From: Promethearchaeota archaeon
GTDB lineage: Archaea > Asgardarchaeota > Lokiarchaeia > Sigyniarchaeales > SOKP01
Assembly (NCBI GenBank): GCA_048939995.1
Contig: JBHLOY010000002.1
Location: forward strand, 352,001 to 416,000
DNA length: 64,000 bases
Reading direction: 5' to 3'
The translations under genes and the position numbers were made by a program. A model generated the notes under the pieces. That model was not told the DNA's origin. It saw nothing but the letters and a program-made list of their open reading frames with translations, and did not search any database. Below, in pieces: positions 20,901 through 30,078 of the stretch (the first letter of the stretch is position 1; each line of letters opens with the position of its first letter).

Positions 20901-23093
20901 TCAAATTTTTCTTTTACTGAAATTTCTCTTTTCCTGATACCATTTGAGACCACCAAGTAATACAAAAATCGGAAAAATCAATGTAATTACTAAGAATGAA
21001 TCCAAATCGTAGGGTGGCACCATATATTCAGCTATAACTGTTACACTTAAAGAAATTAAACCTAGGATACCCGCACCTATCATAAACCCTCCTCCAACAG
21101 TTTTTTTACCAGTAAAACTTAAGATTGCTCCGATTAAACCTAAAACTCCTATAAGTAAAGGCAAAACAAAAGGCAAAACATAAATGGGACGCATCCTTAA
21201 AAAAAAGGGAATCATCTCAACAAACATAGCGGCTATAAGAAGGCCACTCCCAATTACGCCTAATATAGGACTTACCTCTTCTTTACTACTAGCTTTCATC
21301 CTAAGAGGAGCCAATAATTTTTCCCGTCTTTTCCTTGGCACTAAAATTCCACCAATTAGTATTAAGAACGGATAAATCAGTGTAATTAGATATAGCGCAT
21401 CCGTATCGTATGGCGGAAAAAATCTTTCAACTAAAGCCAACACACCTACAAACATTAAACCTAGGCTGCCTGCCCCTATCATAAGGCCTCCTCCAAGACC
21501 TCCTTTAACCTTAAAACTTAAAGTTGCTCCAATTAAGCCTAAAACCCCACAGCCAATAAAAGGCACAAGAGCGAGTCTACTAAAAGAGGGAGTTACTGGT
21601 ACGATAAATGTGGCGACTATAAGAAGAGAACTCCCAATTACGCCAAAAGCAAGACCTGCAGGTTCTTTACCTTTAATTAAAATAACTCTAGAATTTCGCC
21701 AAAATTGTTTTGGCACCAAAAAAATTGTAAGTATGCTGATTGTTACAATTGAAAGTAAACTAATTAGAAAGATTAAGCTATTCACTAGTGCCATTAATGG
21801 TACTGGTTCTATTGGTTCTTCTTGACCATAAGTGCAATCACCATTATCACTAAAAGTATTTCCTTGGCTATTTTCCTCTGAGATGCACTCAAAATTTCCC
21901 AGTAAGGTGTTTCCAGATACGGTATTATAATTACTGTAATAAAATAATATCCCACCTAAATTATTATTTGCGCTGTTTCCCGAAATGATGTTATTATCAG
22001 CATAATATAAATATATCCCAAAGGAGTTGCTATTTGCGGTGTTTCCCGAAATGGTATTATAATTACTCTCAGATAAAGATATCCCAAGTGAATTGTCATT
22101 TGTGATGTTCCCTGAAACTATGCTATTATGGCAATCATCTAATGATATCCCATCAGAGGAATTGTTATTTGCGGTGTTTCCCGAAATGATGTTATTATTA
22201 CAAAGGGCTAAATATATCCCAAGAGAGTTAAAATTCGCGATGTTTCCCAAAACTGTGTTAACATTACAAATAACTAAAATTATCCCTATAAGGTTGTTAC
22301 TTACAGTGTTTCCTGAAATGACATTATTATCACAATTGTATAGATATATTCCATCTGAATTGTTATATGCAGTATTTCCCGAAATGATATTGTTATCACA
22401 ATTGTATAGATATATTCCGTCTGAATTGTTATTTGCGGTATTTCCCGAAATGATATTATTATTAGAAGATTTTAAATGAATCCCAAGTGAATTGTTATTT
22501 GCAATATTCCCCGAAACCATGTTATTATTACAATTGTTTAAACTTATCCCATATGAGTTGTTATTTGCAGTGTTTCCCGATATTGTGTTATTATTGCAAA
22601 TATCTAAATGGATTCCTCTGGCGCTAAATGAACAATTATTTATAATTAATTTTCCTTTAGTTACATAGCTTAATTTGATACCTGCGTTTTGAGATCCAGC
22701 ATTATAAAGCGTACAATTCTCAATCCTAAAGTATACAGCAGAATTTTCAATCAAGATACAATTCCCCGAACCTCCTCCATCTATCACCAAATCTTCTATA
22801 ACAAATGGGTTGTGATAGGTGCCATTCCCAGTACATATTCCTTTTCCTTCCGCAGCCGTCCAATTATTATTAATATGAATTTTTCCCGAGATATCTGAGA
22901 TTTTCAAATCATTTATATCAGGGGTAAGATCATCTTTATAGCCCAAATTTCTGTTATCGTCCATTATATAACTAAAATTAGTGATAACTATTATTGGTAC
23001 AATAAACATAGCAACTATGAGAAGAGAGCTTCCTATTACACCTAAAATAGAACCAACAAGTTCTTTACCTTTGACTTTCATCCGAAGGTTCAA
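20901..23093 (-). CDS. NosD-like parallel beta-helix protein with multi-TM C-terminus
   Basis: 22-aa repeats GIYLYNCDNNIISGNTAxNNS; GxGTxxNPFVIE lead motif; repeated TM modules. Confidence 0.85.
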   Translation of the reverse strand: MNLRMKVKGKELVGSILGVIGSSLLIVAMFIVPIIVITNFSYIMDDNRNLGYKDDLTPDINDLKISDISGKIHINNNWTAAEGKGICTGNGTYHNPFVIEDLVIDGGGSGNCILIENSAVYFRIENCTLYNAGSQNAGIKLSYVTKGKLIINNCSFSARGIHLDICNNNTISGNTANNNSYGISLNNCNNNMVSGNIANNNSLGIHLKSSNNNIISGNTANNNSDGIYLYNCDNNIISGNTAYNNSDGIYLYNCDNNVISGNTVSNNLIGIILVICNVNTVLGNIANFNSLGIYLALCNNNIISGNTANNNSSDGISLDDCHNSIVSGNITNDNSLGISLSESNYNTISGNTANSNSFGIYLYYADNNIISGNSANNNLGGILFYYSNYNTVSGNTLLGNFECISEENSQGNTFSDNGDCTYGQEEPIEPVPLMALVNSLIFLISLLSIVTISILTIFLVPKQFWRNSRVILIKGKEPAGLAFGVIGSSLLIVATFIVPVTPSFSRLALVPFIGCGVLGLIGATLSFKVKGGLGGGLMIGAGSLGLMFVGVLALVERFFPPYDTDALYLITLIYPFLILIGGILVPRKRREKLLAPLRMKASSKEEVSPILGVIGSGLLIAAMFVEMIPFFLRMRPIYVLPFVLPLLIGVLGLIGAILSFTGKKTVGGGFMIGAGILGLISLSVTVIAEYMVPPYDLDSFLVITLIFPIFVLLGGLKWYQEKRNFSKRKI
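21900..22620 (-). repeat. About 66-bp tandem repeats encoding beta-helix turns
   Basis: Recurrent tttcccgaaatg...ttattatcacaattg units with about 66-nt period. Confidence 0.8.
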
Positions 23094-23301
23094 ACACTCT
23101 GTTGTTTTTGGATTTCATTTTCCGAATAAAAATAAATTACATTAGACAACACTGTCTTAAAAACCTTTTTACAAAATTATAAAGATCTTTTTATGAATTT
23201 TTAAAGCTATTTTCTAAACTTAATTAGAGCCACATGCTAATTATGAGGATTTTTGGAAAGAATACGTAAACGATCTTAAAAAGAGATACTATAAAGTCAT
23301 T

Positions 23302-23705
23302 TTGCAACAAAAAAAAGATGTAAATAATTATATTATTTATATCGATAAGGAACAATATCTCCAGGCTCTTAAAGATAAGATAAAGAAATTAAAAGCAAAA
23401 GGAGATAAAACCAATCTAAGAAATTACGGTTGGCTTATCTTAGGGGTGCTTATGATGCAGATGGATTTAGTAATCGTACAAGCCTTAGTAGTTTTAGTAG
23501 AGAATACTTAAAACAAATTAGAGATATTTTCAACATTCCATATCCAGTTCGTCTACATAAAGAAAGGTATAGCTATCTCGATACAAATGGAAATCTACAT
23601 GTTCGGAAGTCACATTGGGTCTTAACCCTCGGTGTTAATTTGTTTAAGGAGATGACTAATTTATGTTCTGATTATGGTTTGGATTTAAAAAGGAAAAATA
23701 AGTAG
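23302..23705 (+). pseudogene. Frameshifted/truncated free-standing LAGLIDADG homing endonuclease remnant
   Basis: AYLRGAYDADG motif at 23433-23465; upstream coding-like sequence in another frame (shift near 23425). Confidence 0.65.
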
Positions 23706-23759
23706 AAGGGTAAATAAATTTAATAAAAAAGTTAGTTTCCAGTAAATACTTGTTCTTTT
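23616..23759 (+). repeat. Imperfect direct repeat, copy 1 (LAGLIDADG C-terminus + copy of fwdA 3' end)
   Basis: Aligns with 24575..24704; shares ttagtttccagtaaata exactly. Confidence 0.75.
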
Positions 23760-23762
23760 ACA

Positions 23763-23819
23763 AATTAGTATAAATCTTAAATATTCCCTCTTCTTAATTG
23801 CATTCTTGAACTCCAATAT
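23763..23819 (+). promoter_or_regulatory. 57-bp promoter-like element, copy 2
   Basis: 50/57 identical to 18533..18589; ends 24 nt before ATG 23844. Confidence 0.6.
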
Positions 23820-23843
23820 TAAGTTTTAATTTGGTGAAATTCA

Positions 23844-24518
23844 ATGAAAAAATCTAAATTAAAAATTCTAATTCCATTAACATTAGGAATCTTGTTCCTT
23901 AGCCTTACCTCAACCGTTAATGTTGTGGCTGATCCTTCAACAGTAACTTTTAGACCATTAAGTCATTGGATACTTAATAATCCCAGAGTGTCCTATGGTT
24001 GGGGAGGCCAACCCCCAACAGGTGATCTGCCTTTATATATCTTAATGTTGAGTTATCCCTGGGCTATACCTGATCCCAATACATATGATGGCTACATAAT
24101 GGAAAGAACGTTGAAAGACGGAAGAGCAGAACTTACTGTTTACATAGAATTCTTCAATGCCCCCTTTTGGCTTTTTGGATTTTTACCGGATATTGGGTTA
24201 TTCCCCCTTGTTCTACAACAAGGTTCTATGATTAATTGTAGGGAAACCACCAAATTTACTCTTCCTGAACCCGGCATGGTAATCCCAAACTTATTTGAAA
24301 TATTATATAATTTTGATTTAATTATGATTTCAATAGAGGGAACGGGTGCTGGGATTTTTACGACGGAGGCTTCTATAATAGGATTTACACCTGGGGCTCA
24401 ATGTAAGGTAGTTGTTAACCAACGTGGCTTTGGGTGGATGGACGTTTTACCTCTACCTCCACCCTTGGAGAATTATATGCCTATAGAACTAATAAACGTT
24501 CTTGAAATTGGGGATTAA
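23844..24518 (+). CDS. Secreted hypothetical protein
   Basis: Signal peptide MKKSKLKILIPLTLGILFLSL; poly-T tract downstream. Confidence 0.75.
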   Translation: MKKSKLKILIPLTLGILFLSLTSTVNVVADPSTVTFRPLSHWILNNPRVSYGWGGQPPTGDLPLYILMLSYPWAIPDPNTYDGYIMERTLKDGRAELTVYIEFFNAPFWLFGFLPDIGLFPLVLQQGSMINCRETTKFTLPEPGMVIPNLFEILYNFDLIMISIEGTGAGIFTTEASIIGFTPGAQCKVVVNQRGFGWMDVLPLPPPLENYMPIELINVLEIGD

Positions 24519-24574
24519 AACAGAGAAAAAAATAGTTATAACTTTTTTTTTTTATCAAGAGATTCCAGAAATGT

Positions 24575-24704
24575 TGGGTGTTATCTTTCAGTGTTGATTT
24601 TTTTAAGGAACTACCTAATTTATCTTCTAATTATGGTTTGGGTTTAAAAGCAAAAATAAATAGATTTAATAAAAAGTTAGTTTCCAGTAAATATTTTCTC
24701 TTTT
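24575..24704 (+). repeat. Imperfect direct repeat, copy 2 (overlaps the real fwdA stop)
   Basis: Encodes WVLSFSVDFFKELPNLSSNYGLGLK versus WVLTLGVNLFKEMTNLCSDYGLDLK in copy 1. Confidence 0.75.
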
Positions 24705-26428
24705 GGGGCGTAGGCATCTTGGACAGCATAATTGTTAAAGTTGATGCTATAATGATCCCTCCAGCTATGGCGCACATCATCTAACATCTCCTCCATGAGG
24801 CTCTCCTTAAGCTTACCTTCTGCTCGAAGTAAATTCCCCATCGGTGATGCTGTAATCTCTCCGTCTTTCACCACAATTATTCCATCCTTAATTGTATATG
24901 CCGTCGAGCTAAATGCCTTCTCAATATCATGCCCAGTATAATTGTTAGGATCAATCTTATACACTGCCACGTCTCCAATAGCGCCCACACCGAGATGACC
25001 GCGATCTTTCATTCCCAGAATCTTCGAAGTTCCAGCGCGGGTTACCACAGCCAGTTCATAAAGCGAATATTCCCTGTCGATGTCTGCCAACGTAGACGCC
25101 GTGCTTGCTTTCTTATGGACCACATTTTTGAGCATGTCATCTCGAGTTTTCCTATCCATCAACCATTTGAAGGCCATCGGATACGTGGTAAACGGGGCTC
25201 CATTTGGATGGTCGGTCGTAAATCCGATTTGAAAAGGATCCTTTACCAAAAGCATAAGCTCAAGACCAATTGCCCATTGAACCGCATTTACGCTATTTTT
25301 TGCATCAAAAAAATACGGAACTATCCCTGATCCTGATTCTGCTTCAACTTGGCCGTTAACCCACTTAATACCCGGCTTAGATCCCCAACCTGAAAAACCA
25401 CCTAAATGATGGAGAGCAAACTCTCATGCACAGACAAGATGCTCGTCTGTGACCCATGGTCCGTCTCCAGTCATCGTAGTGGTCGCATATTTAGTGAATA
25501 CTACTTGACCGTTATCAATCGTAAGATGCTTATGTGAATTCACATACTCAGCAATTTCTACGGCACCAGAAGTAAAGTCATTCCAATTAGTGCCTCCATA
25601 TGCATTAAATTGACAATGAGTCACATGAAGACTTGTTGTTCGGCTATCACCAGCCTTGATTTTCTCACAGACTTGAAAGGTTTCGAGAGAATGCTTGAAA
25701 TTGCCGGGATGTCCGAGATTGTTGCAATGGACATGAATTGAATGTGGTAATTTCAGAATCTCGTTAACCTTCGCTAGACTCTCAATAATCTGACGAGGAG
25801 TTACATTCCAATGGAAAACAGGATCATTTAAAGATTCACAATTCTTGCCCCAAGCCCAATTTTCAACCCCCCCAGGATTTACAATTTTTATAGCATAGCC
25901 TTTGGTTGCTTGGAGGATCCAATTGACGTATGCGGCGAGCTTATCGATGTCGTTGTCGCGTATATATTTCAGGACGAACCAATTATTTCCATAGATGGGG
26001 AGGGCAGCTTTATCGATGATTGGCATTTCGAGGAATTCTTCATGGGTATGTCGAGCTTCGAGGAGAGGCATTGCGGGTTCGACAGCGGTTGTATAGCCCA
26101 TTTGGGCATATTTATAACCTGTATACCAAGTGCTAAGCACGCTGAACCCGGTACCGGATCGTGTAGTTTTAGTTTTCTTTAGGTTCGATTCGGGCACCTT
26201 GTCTTCAGGTCGTAAAGCTCGTCCGACATTGACTTTAGGTCCAGCAATGTGAGTGTGCATATCAACTCCACCAGGCATTACGACCATTCCAGAAGCATCG
26301 ATTACTTTTGCGTCAGAGTTAACTTTTTCGGCGATAAGTCCATCTTTTATATAGATATCTTTCTTTTCGCCATCGATCTTATTGAGCGGGTCATATACCA
26401 ATCCATTTTTAATGATTAAGTTGCTCAT
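24677..26428 (-). CDS. fwdA: Formylmethanofuran dehydrogenase subunit A, intron-split (exon1 26428..25453, exon2 25422..24677; 573 aa after splicing)
   Basis: PGGVDMHTHIAG, KIVNPGG, HVHCNNLG, HVTHCQF, TTTMTGDGPW|EFALHH, SGIVP, QWAIGLEL, TTDHPNGAPF; both annotated ORFs share one frame, separated by a single UGA. Confidence 0.92.
25423..25452 (-). other. 30-nt bulge-helix-bulge (archaeal-type) intron in fwdA mRNA
   Basis: RNA GGAC-CAUG-GG^U-CACAGACGAG-CAU-CUUGUCUGUG-CAUG-AG^A-GUUU: 4-bp helix, two 3-nt bulges, 10-bp intron stem; excision yields GGA CCA UGG GAG UUU. Confidence 0.88.
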
Positions 26429-26631
26429 AGTTGATTTCCTATTTTAAAATTTAATTAAGCTCAATCAAATCTCATGATTTAAATTTGAACTAGTTCTATT
26501 GAAGAGAAAAATCAATGATTTTTATAAAGATTTATTATTATTTTTAGGTTAAAGTGGGGAATGGATTTTAGATTTAAAATATTGGTTTAATAAAAAATTA
26601 AGTCAGAAAGAATGAGATGTATTTTTCACAT

Positions 26632-28509
26632 TCATTTTCTTTGGAGACCAGCATAAAGTAGAAAGAATCCGATAACTAGTAGGATAATAATGAAACCTGG
26701 AAAAAAAGTTGCGAGGGGAACAATATATAAAAATTCTCTAGCTACACTAATGTCACCAGCCAGTGAAATAATTCTGGGATCGGAAAAACCTAAAAAATCA
26801 ATACCGGCATCAACTATCAAAACAAAACCAATAAATAATGGAATATATGGAATTACTTTCTTCGTGATTTCAAACCCATTTAGTCGAGTTTTAGCTATTA
26901 ATAAGGAGAAGAAAGGAATTAAAAAGATCCCATATACTATAGGGAACATCAAGAATCTTGTCCATAGGATAGCTATAGTCGTTAGGATGCCGAAAAATAG
27001 AGGAATACAAAAAAATACAATCATAGAAATTTCAGTTGATAATTTAAATTTACGATTTAAGAGTCCCATTGGAATTCCACATAATAGTCCTCCGATAAAG
27101 CCAATTCCAATTGGAATTAGTACAAAAATAAATGAAGTTCGCATTCCATAAATTGTTCTTGCTAAAACATCACGACCAAATTTTGTTTGGCCAAGAGGAT
27201 GCAGTGGTGAGGGGGGAGACCAAGCTCCTGGAAACACTCCATTTGCATCTTCAAGTGAATATGGAGTTAATATTTGAGGGAAAATTGAAATTAGAACTAA
27301 AAATAAAAGAATCATCGAGCTAATAATTGTTAGGGGAGATAATAATTTTTTATTAAAATAAGATAAAAAGTCTTTAAATTGTTTTTTGAGTTTATTCTTA
27401 TAATTTATATTCACAGTGTTAGTACTATTAATTTTAGATTTTAGGTTGGACGATTTTTGATTTGCTTCTTTAATGTCAGAATGTCTGGAGGTAATTTTAT
27501 TTTTAAGCCGAGGTTTAAGAGCTCCATATCCAACAAATAGAAGATTAGATAACACTAAAAAAATGACAGAAATCATAGCACTTAAAAATAGTATTCCACT
27601 ATGCACCCAATAATCAGAATTCCTTATTGATTGAACGAATAATTGCCCTATTCCAGCTAAACCAAATGTGGTTTCCACCAAAATTATAAACCCAAAAAAG
27701 AGTCCAATACTTATTACTGAATTAAAAGAGTTTGGAACTATTGAACGTGTTTTAGATTTATTAAGATTTAATAAGTATATCCGAACCATTAAGGTGGTTA
27801 AGGATCCGATCCCAATAGTTAAAACTGACCATGGGAGTACCAAATGATATAAGTAATCGGGGATGAGATATAGTTGTCTAGATAACAATGAATCAATAAT
27901 GCGAAAACCTGTTACAAAGGGAGGATCTGGGTATGAATATGTTTTGAAGCCTGTTGTCGGAAATATTGGCAAAAGATAACCTAGAAAGTACTGAAACAGC
28001 ATTCCAAGAAAGAATAAAGGTAACGCACATCCAATAAATGTGAGAATTTGAAATAGTTTATCGCTCCATTTATGTCTAAATTTGACAGAAAGATTTCCAA
28101 ATAATAAACCTAATGAAATGCCAATGAGGAAAGGTAAGATGAATAAATCAATTGTTCTAGGTAAAATAAGCTGAATTAAATTCCATACAGGCATACCCCG
28201 AACGATACTAATAGAAATCCCCCAGTTCCCTGTAAACATTTTCCCAAGATATATGAAAAATTGTTCAATAAGGGGCTTATCTAATCCCAGTTGTCGATAC
28301 ACTTGCATATATAAATTGGGATCAACATGACCCTCGGGTAAATATGCTAAAACGGGATCTCCGGGCAAAAACCTTGATAGCATAAATGATACGTACAGTG
28401 CAAGAAAAAATAGCACCCCCCCTATAATTAAAGTATAAATTAAGTTTAAGTAGATTTTTTTTATTCCAAATCGAGTATTATTATTACTCATAATAAAATT
28501 AAACCACAA
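26632..28509 (-). CDS. Fused DppB-DppC-like ABC peptide permease, paralog 1
   Basis: LPGDPV...GLDKPL..QF (DppB N-terminus) and PPSPLHPLGQTKFGRDVLAR (DppC N-terminus). Confidence 0.85.
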   Translation of the reverse strand: MWFNFIMSNNNTRFGIKKIYLNLIYTLIIGGVLFFLALYVSFMLSRFLPGDPVLAYLPEGHVDPNLYMQVYRQLGLDKPLIEQFFIYLGKMFTGNWGISISIVRGMPVWNLIQLILPRTIDLFILPFLIGISLGLLFGNLSVKFRHKWSDKLFQILTFIGCALPLFFLGMLFQYFLGYLLPIFPTTGFKTYSYPDPPFVTGFRIIDSLLSRQLYLIPDYLYHLVLPWSVLTIGIGSLTTLMVRIYLLNLNKSKTRSIVPNSFNSVISIGLFFGFIILVETTFGLAGIGQLFVQSIRNSDYWVHSGILFLSAMISVIFLVLSNLLFVGYGALKPRLKNKITSRHSDIKEANQKSSNLKSKINSTNTVNINYKNKLKKQFKDFLSYFNKKLLSPLTIISSMILLFLVLISIFPQILTPYSLEDANGVFPGAWSPPSPLHPLGQTKFGRDVLARTIYGMRTSFIFVLIPIGIGFIGGLLCGIPMGLLNRKFKLSTEISMIVFFCIPLFFGILTTIAILWTRFLMFPIVYGIFLIPFFSLLIAKTRLNGFEITKKVIPYIPLFIGFVLIVDAGIDFLGFSDPRIISLAGDISVAREFLYIVPLATFFPGFIIILLVIGFFLLYAGLQRK

Positions 28510-28654
28510 GTGGATTTCTAATATTTATTTAAACCAAATTAATATTTAAACATTATTTTAGGCTCAAATCAATACAGAGAAAGAAATAAAAAATATTTTA
28601 CCATTCCCATTTGGATTTATAGCCAATATATAGCAAGAATCCGAATAGAAAGAT

Positions 28655-28685
28655 AATAAGAATTAAGCTTTTAAGGAAGTTTTGT
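28655..28685 (+). repeat. 31-bp direct repeat duplicating the flavodoxin gene 3' end (second copy 29184..29214)
   Basis: aataagaattaagcttttaagg(a/g)agttttgt at both positions. Confidence 0.75.
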
Positions 28686-28854
28686 CTGTAAATTTACTTT
28701 GCTATAAGTTTTTAGGTAAAGTTCATATTAGAGAAAGAGAAAAAAGCTTTTATACTCATATTAAATAACATAATAATTAATATATTAACTTTTATGTGAA
28801 ATTCTACTAACAACCAAGTGTTGAATGAAATTTTTGAATGGAAAGGTAATCTAA

Positions 28855-29103
28855 TTGATGGAAAAAATTGAAAAATGTTTAATTTGTGGGAAGGAATTTA
28901 ATATTAACCAGGGAGGACGAGAAGTAAAGGATGATAGTATTTGGTTTCAAAATATGCAGAGCCATATAGAAGAACAAACACAACGGGAAAAGGAAAAGAG
29001 AAAGAAGCTTAATAGAAGGATTAATATTAGTTCTCTTGTAGAGTTGGCTATTGGATTAATAATAGTAATAATAATTATATTTGTAATAATAGTTCTTATT
29101 TGA
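28855..29103 (+). CDS. Small tail-anchored membrane protein with N-terminal CxxC
   Basis: CLICGKEF, charged helix, C-terminal TM. Confidence 0.55.
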   Translation: MMEKIEKCLICGKEFNINQGGREVKDDSIWFQNMQSHIEEQTQREKEKRKKLNRRINISSLVELAIGLIIVIIIIFVIIVLI

Positions 29104-29199
29104 TCACTTGAATTGAATCATATTTTCAGGGTTTTGTTTATAAATGAGGTATGAGTTTTTAGGTAATAAAAATTAAGGAAAAAAATAAGAATTAAGCTT

Positions 29200-29685
29200 T
29201 TAAGGGAGTTTTGTTCCTAATTTGATGCCGAATTCTTTGCATTTTGGAAGGTCTTCTTCTGCTATTGGACCTTTCATACCCTTAACTCTGATAGAGAGTC
29301 CTGGGCTTGCTTTTGTTAAATGTGGCATTTTTTCACTGATCTGATTCTCAATTTTATCCACCATTTTCGTATAGGAGCATACTCCCTCTTCTGTATTTTC
29401 AGACTCATCTCCCATATAAGTGTCAAATATAGCATAAGTTTTTGCCTTTAATTGAGCTTTTGGGAGTTTATTGATAAATTTCTTTATCGATCCTACGTGG
29501 CTTCCAAAATGGACTGGAGATCCTATTAAAAGTAAGTCATAGGAATCAAGGTTTTTAAGTTTTATATCTTTAACATTTTTAATAACAACTTCATTATTAT
29601 CAACAGAAGTAATTCCTTCTGCAATTAATTTGGCTACTTGTTCTGTATTTCCATATTTTGAATAATAAGCTATGAAAGCTCTCAT
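29200..29685 (-). CDS. Flavodoxin-family protein
   Basis: YYSKYGNTEQVA FMN phosphate loop; LLIGSP; FDTY. Confidence 0.88.
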   Translation of the reverse strand: MRAFIAYYSKYGNTEQVAKLIAEGITSVDNNEVVIKNVKDIKLKNLDSYDLLLIGSPVHFGSHVGSIKKFINKLPKAQLKAKTYAIFDTYMGDESENTEEGVCSYTKMVDKIENQISEKMPHLTKASPGLSIRVKGMKGPIAEEDLPKCKEFGIKLGTKLP

Positions 29686-30078
29686 TTTGTTATACCTCTT
29701 TTAATCATATTATTGAGATTCAATATTCCTAATTAACCCTTATAATTAAACTTTTCCAGTAAATTATTTTATTATTATTACTCCTTTAAAGAAAGTGAAA
29801 TAAATGAAGTTCTAATGAGTCTATCTGATGGTGTATTAAGATCTGTCCCATAGGTCACTATAGTTAATCTCAAGGGGAAGTCTATACTGCTTTTTTAGTG
29901 AATAGTTTATCAAAAAAATTATCGATATTGGACAAATTGTAATAGAAAGTTATTCTTTCTTCATCACCAAATCATTATTTATTATTGATTTAGTTAAGAT
30001 CGAGAAAATTTTACCCAATAAATAATTTTCTTAAATAATCTACAAACTAGATTAATGAAAAAATAGAAAAAATATAAT

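Noticed and set aside
21900-22620. 66-bp periodic repeats as a CRISPR array
   Set aside because: They are degenerate in-frame coding repeats of a beta-helix with no unique spacers or cas genes.
24578-24784. 68-aa plus-strand ORF
   Set aside because: Composed of the duplicated LAGLIDADG tail running antisense into fwdA.
25424-25426. Selenocysteine or stop read-through at the fwdA UGA
   Set aside because: Read-through would leave 10 extra residues in a conserved motif at a non-Cys position. The hairpin lies 5' of the UGA, and BHB excision explains the sequence exactly.
25423-25452. fwdA as a simple pseudogene, or the insert as a MITE/transposon footprint
   Set aside because: Both halves are otherwise intact. 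The repeated CATG could mimic a target duplication, but exact 3-nt bulges, exon pairing and frame-restoring cut sites fit an intron better.
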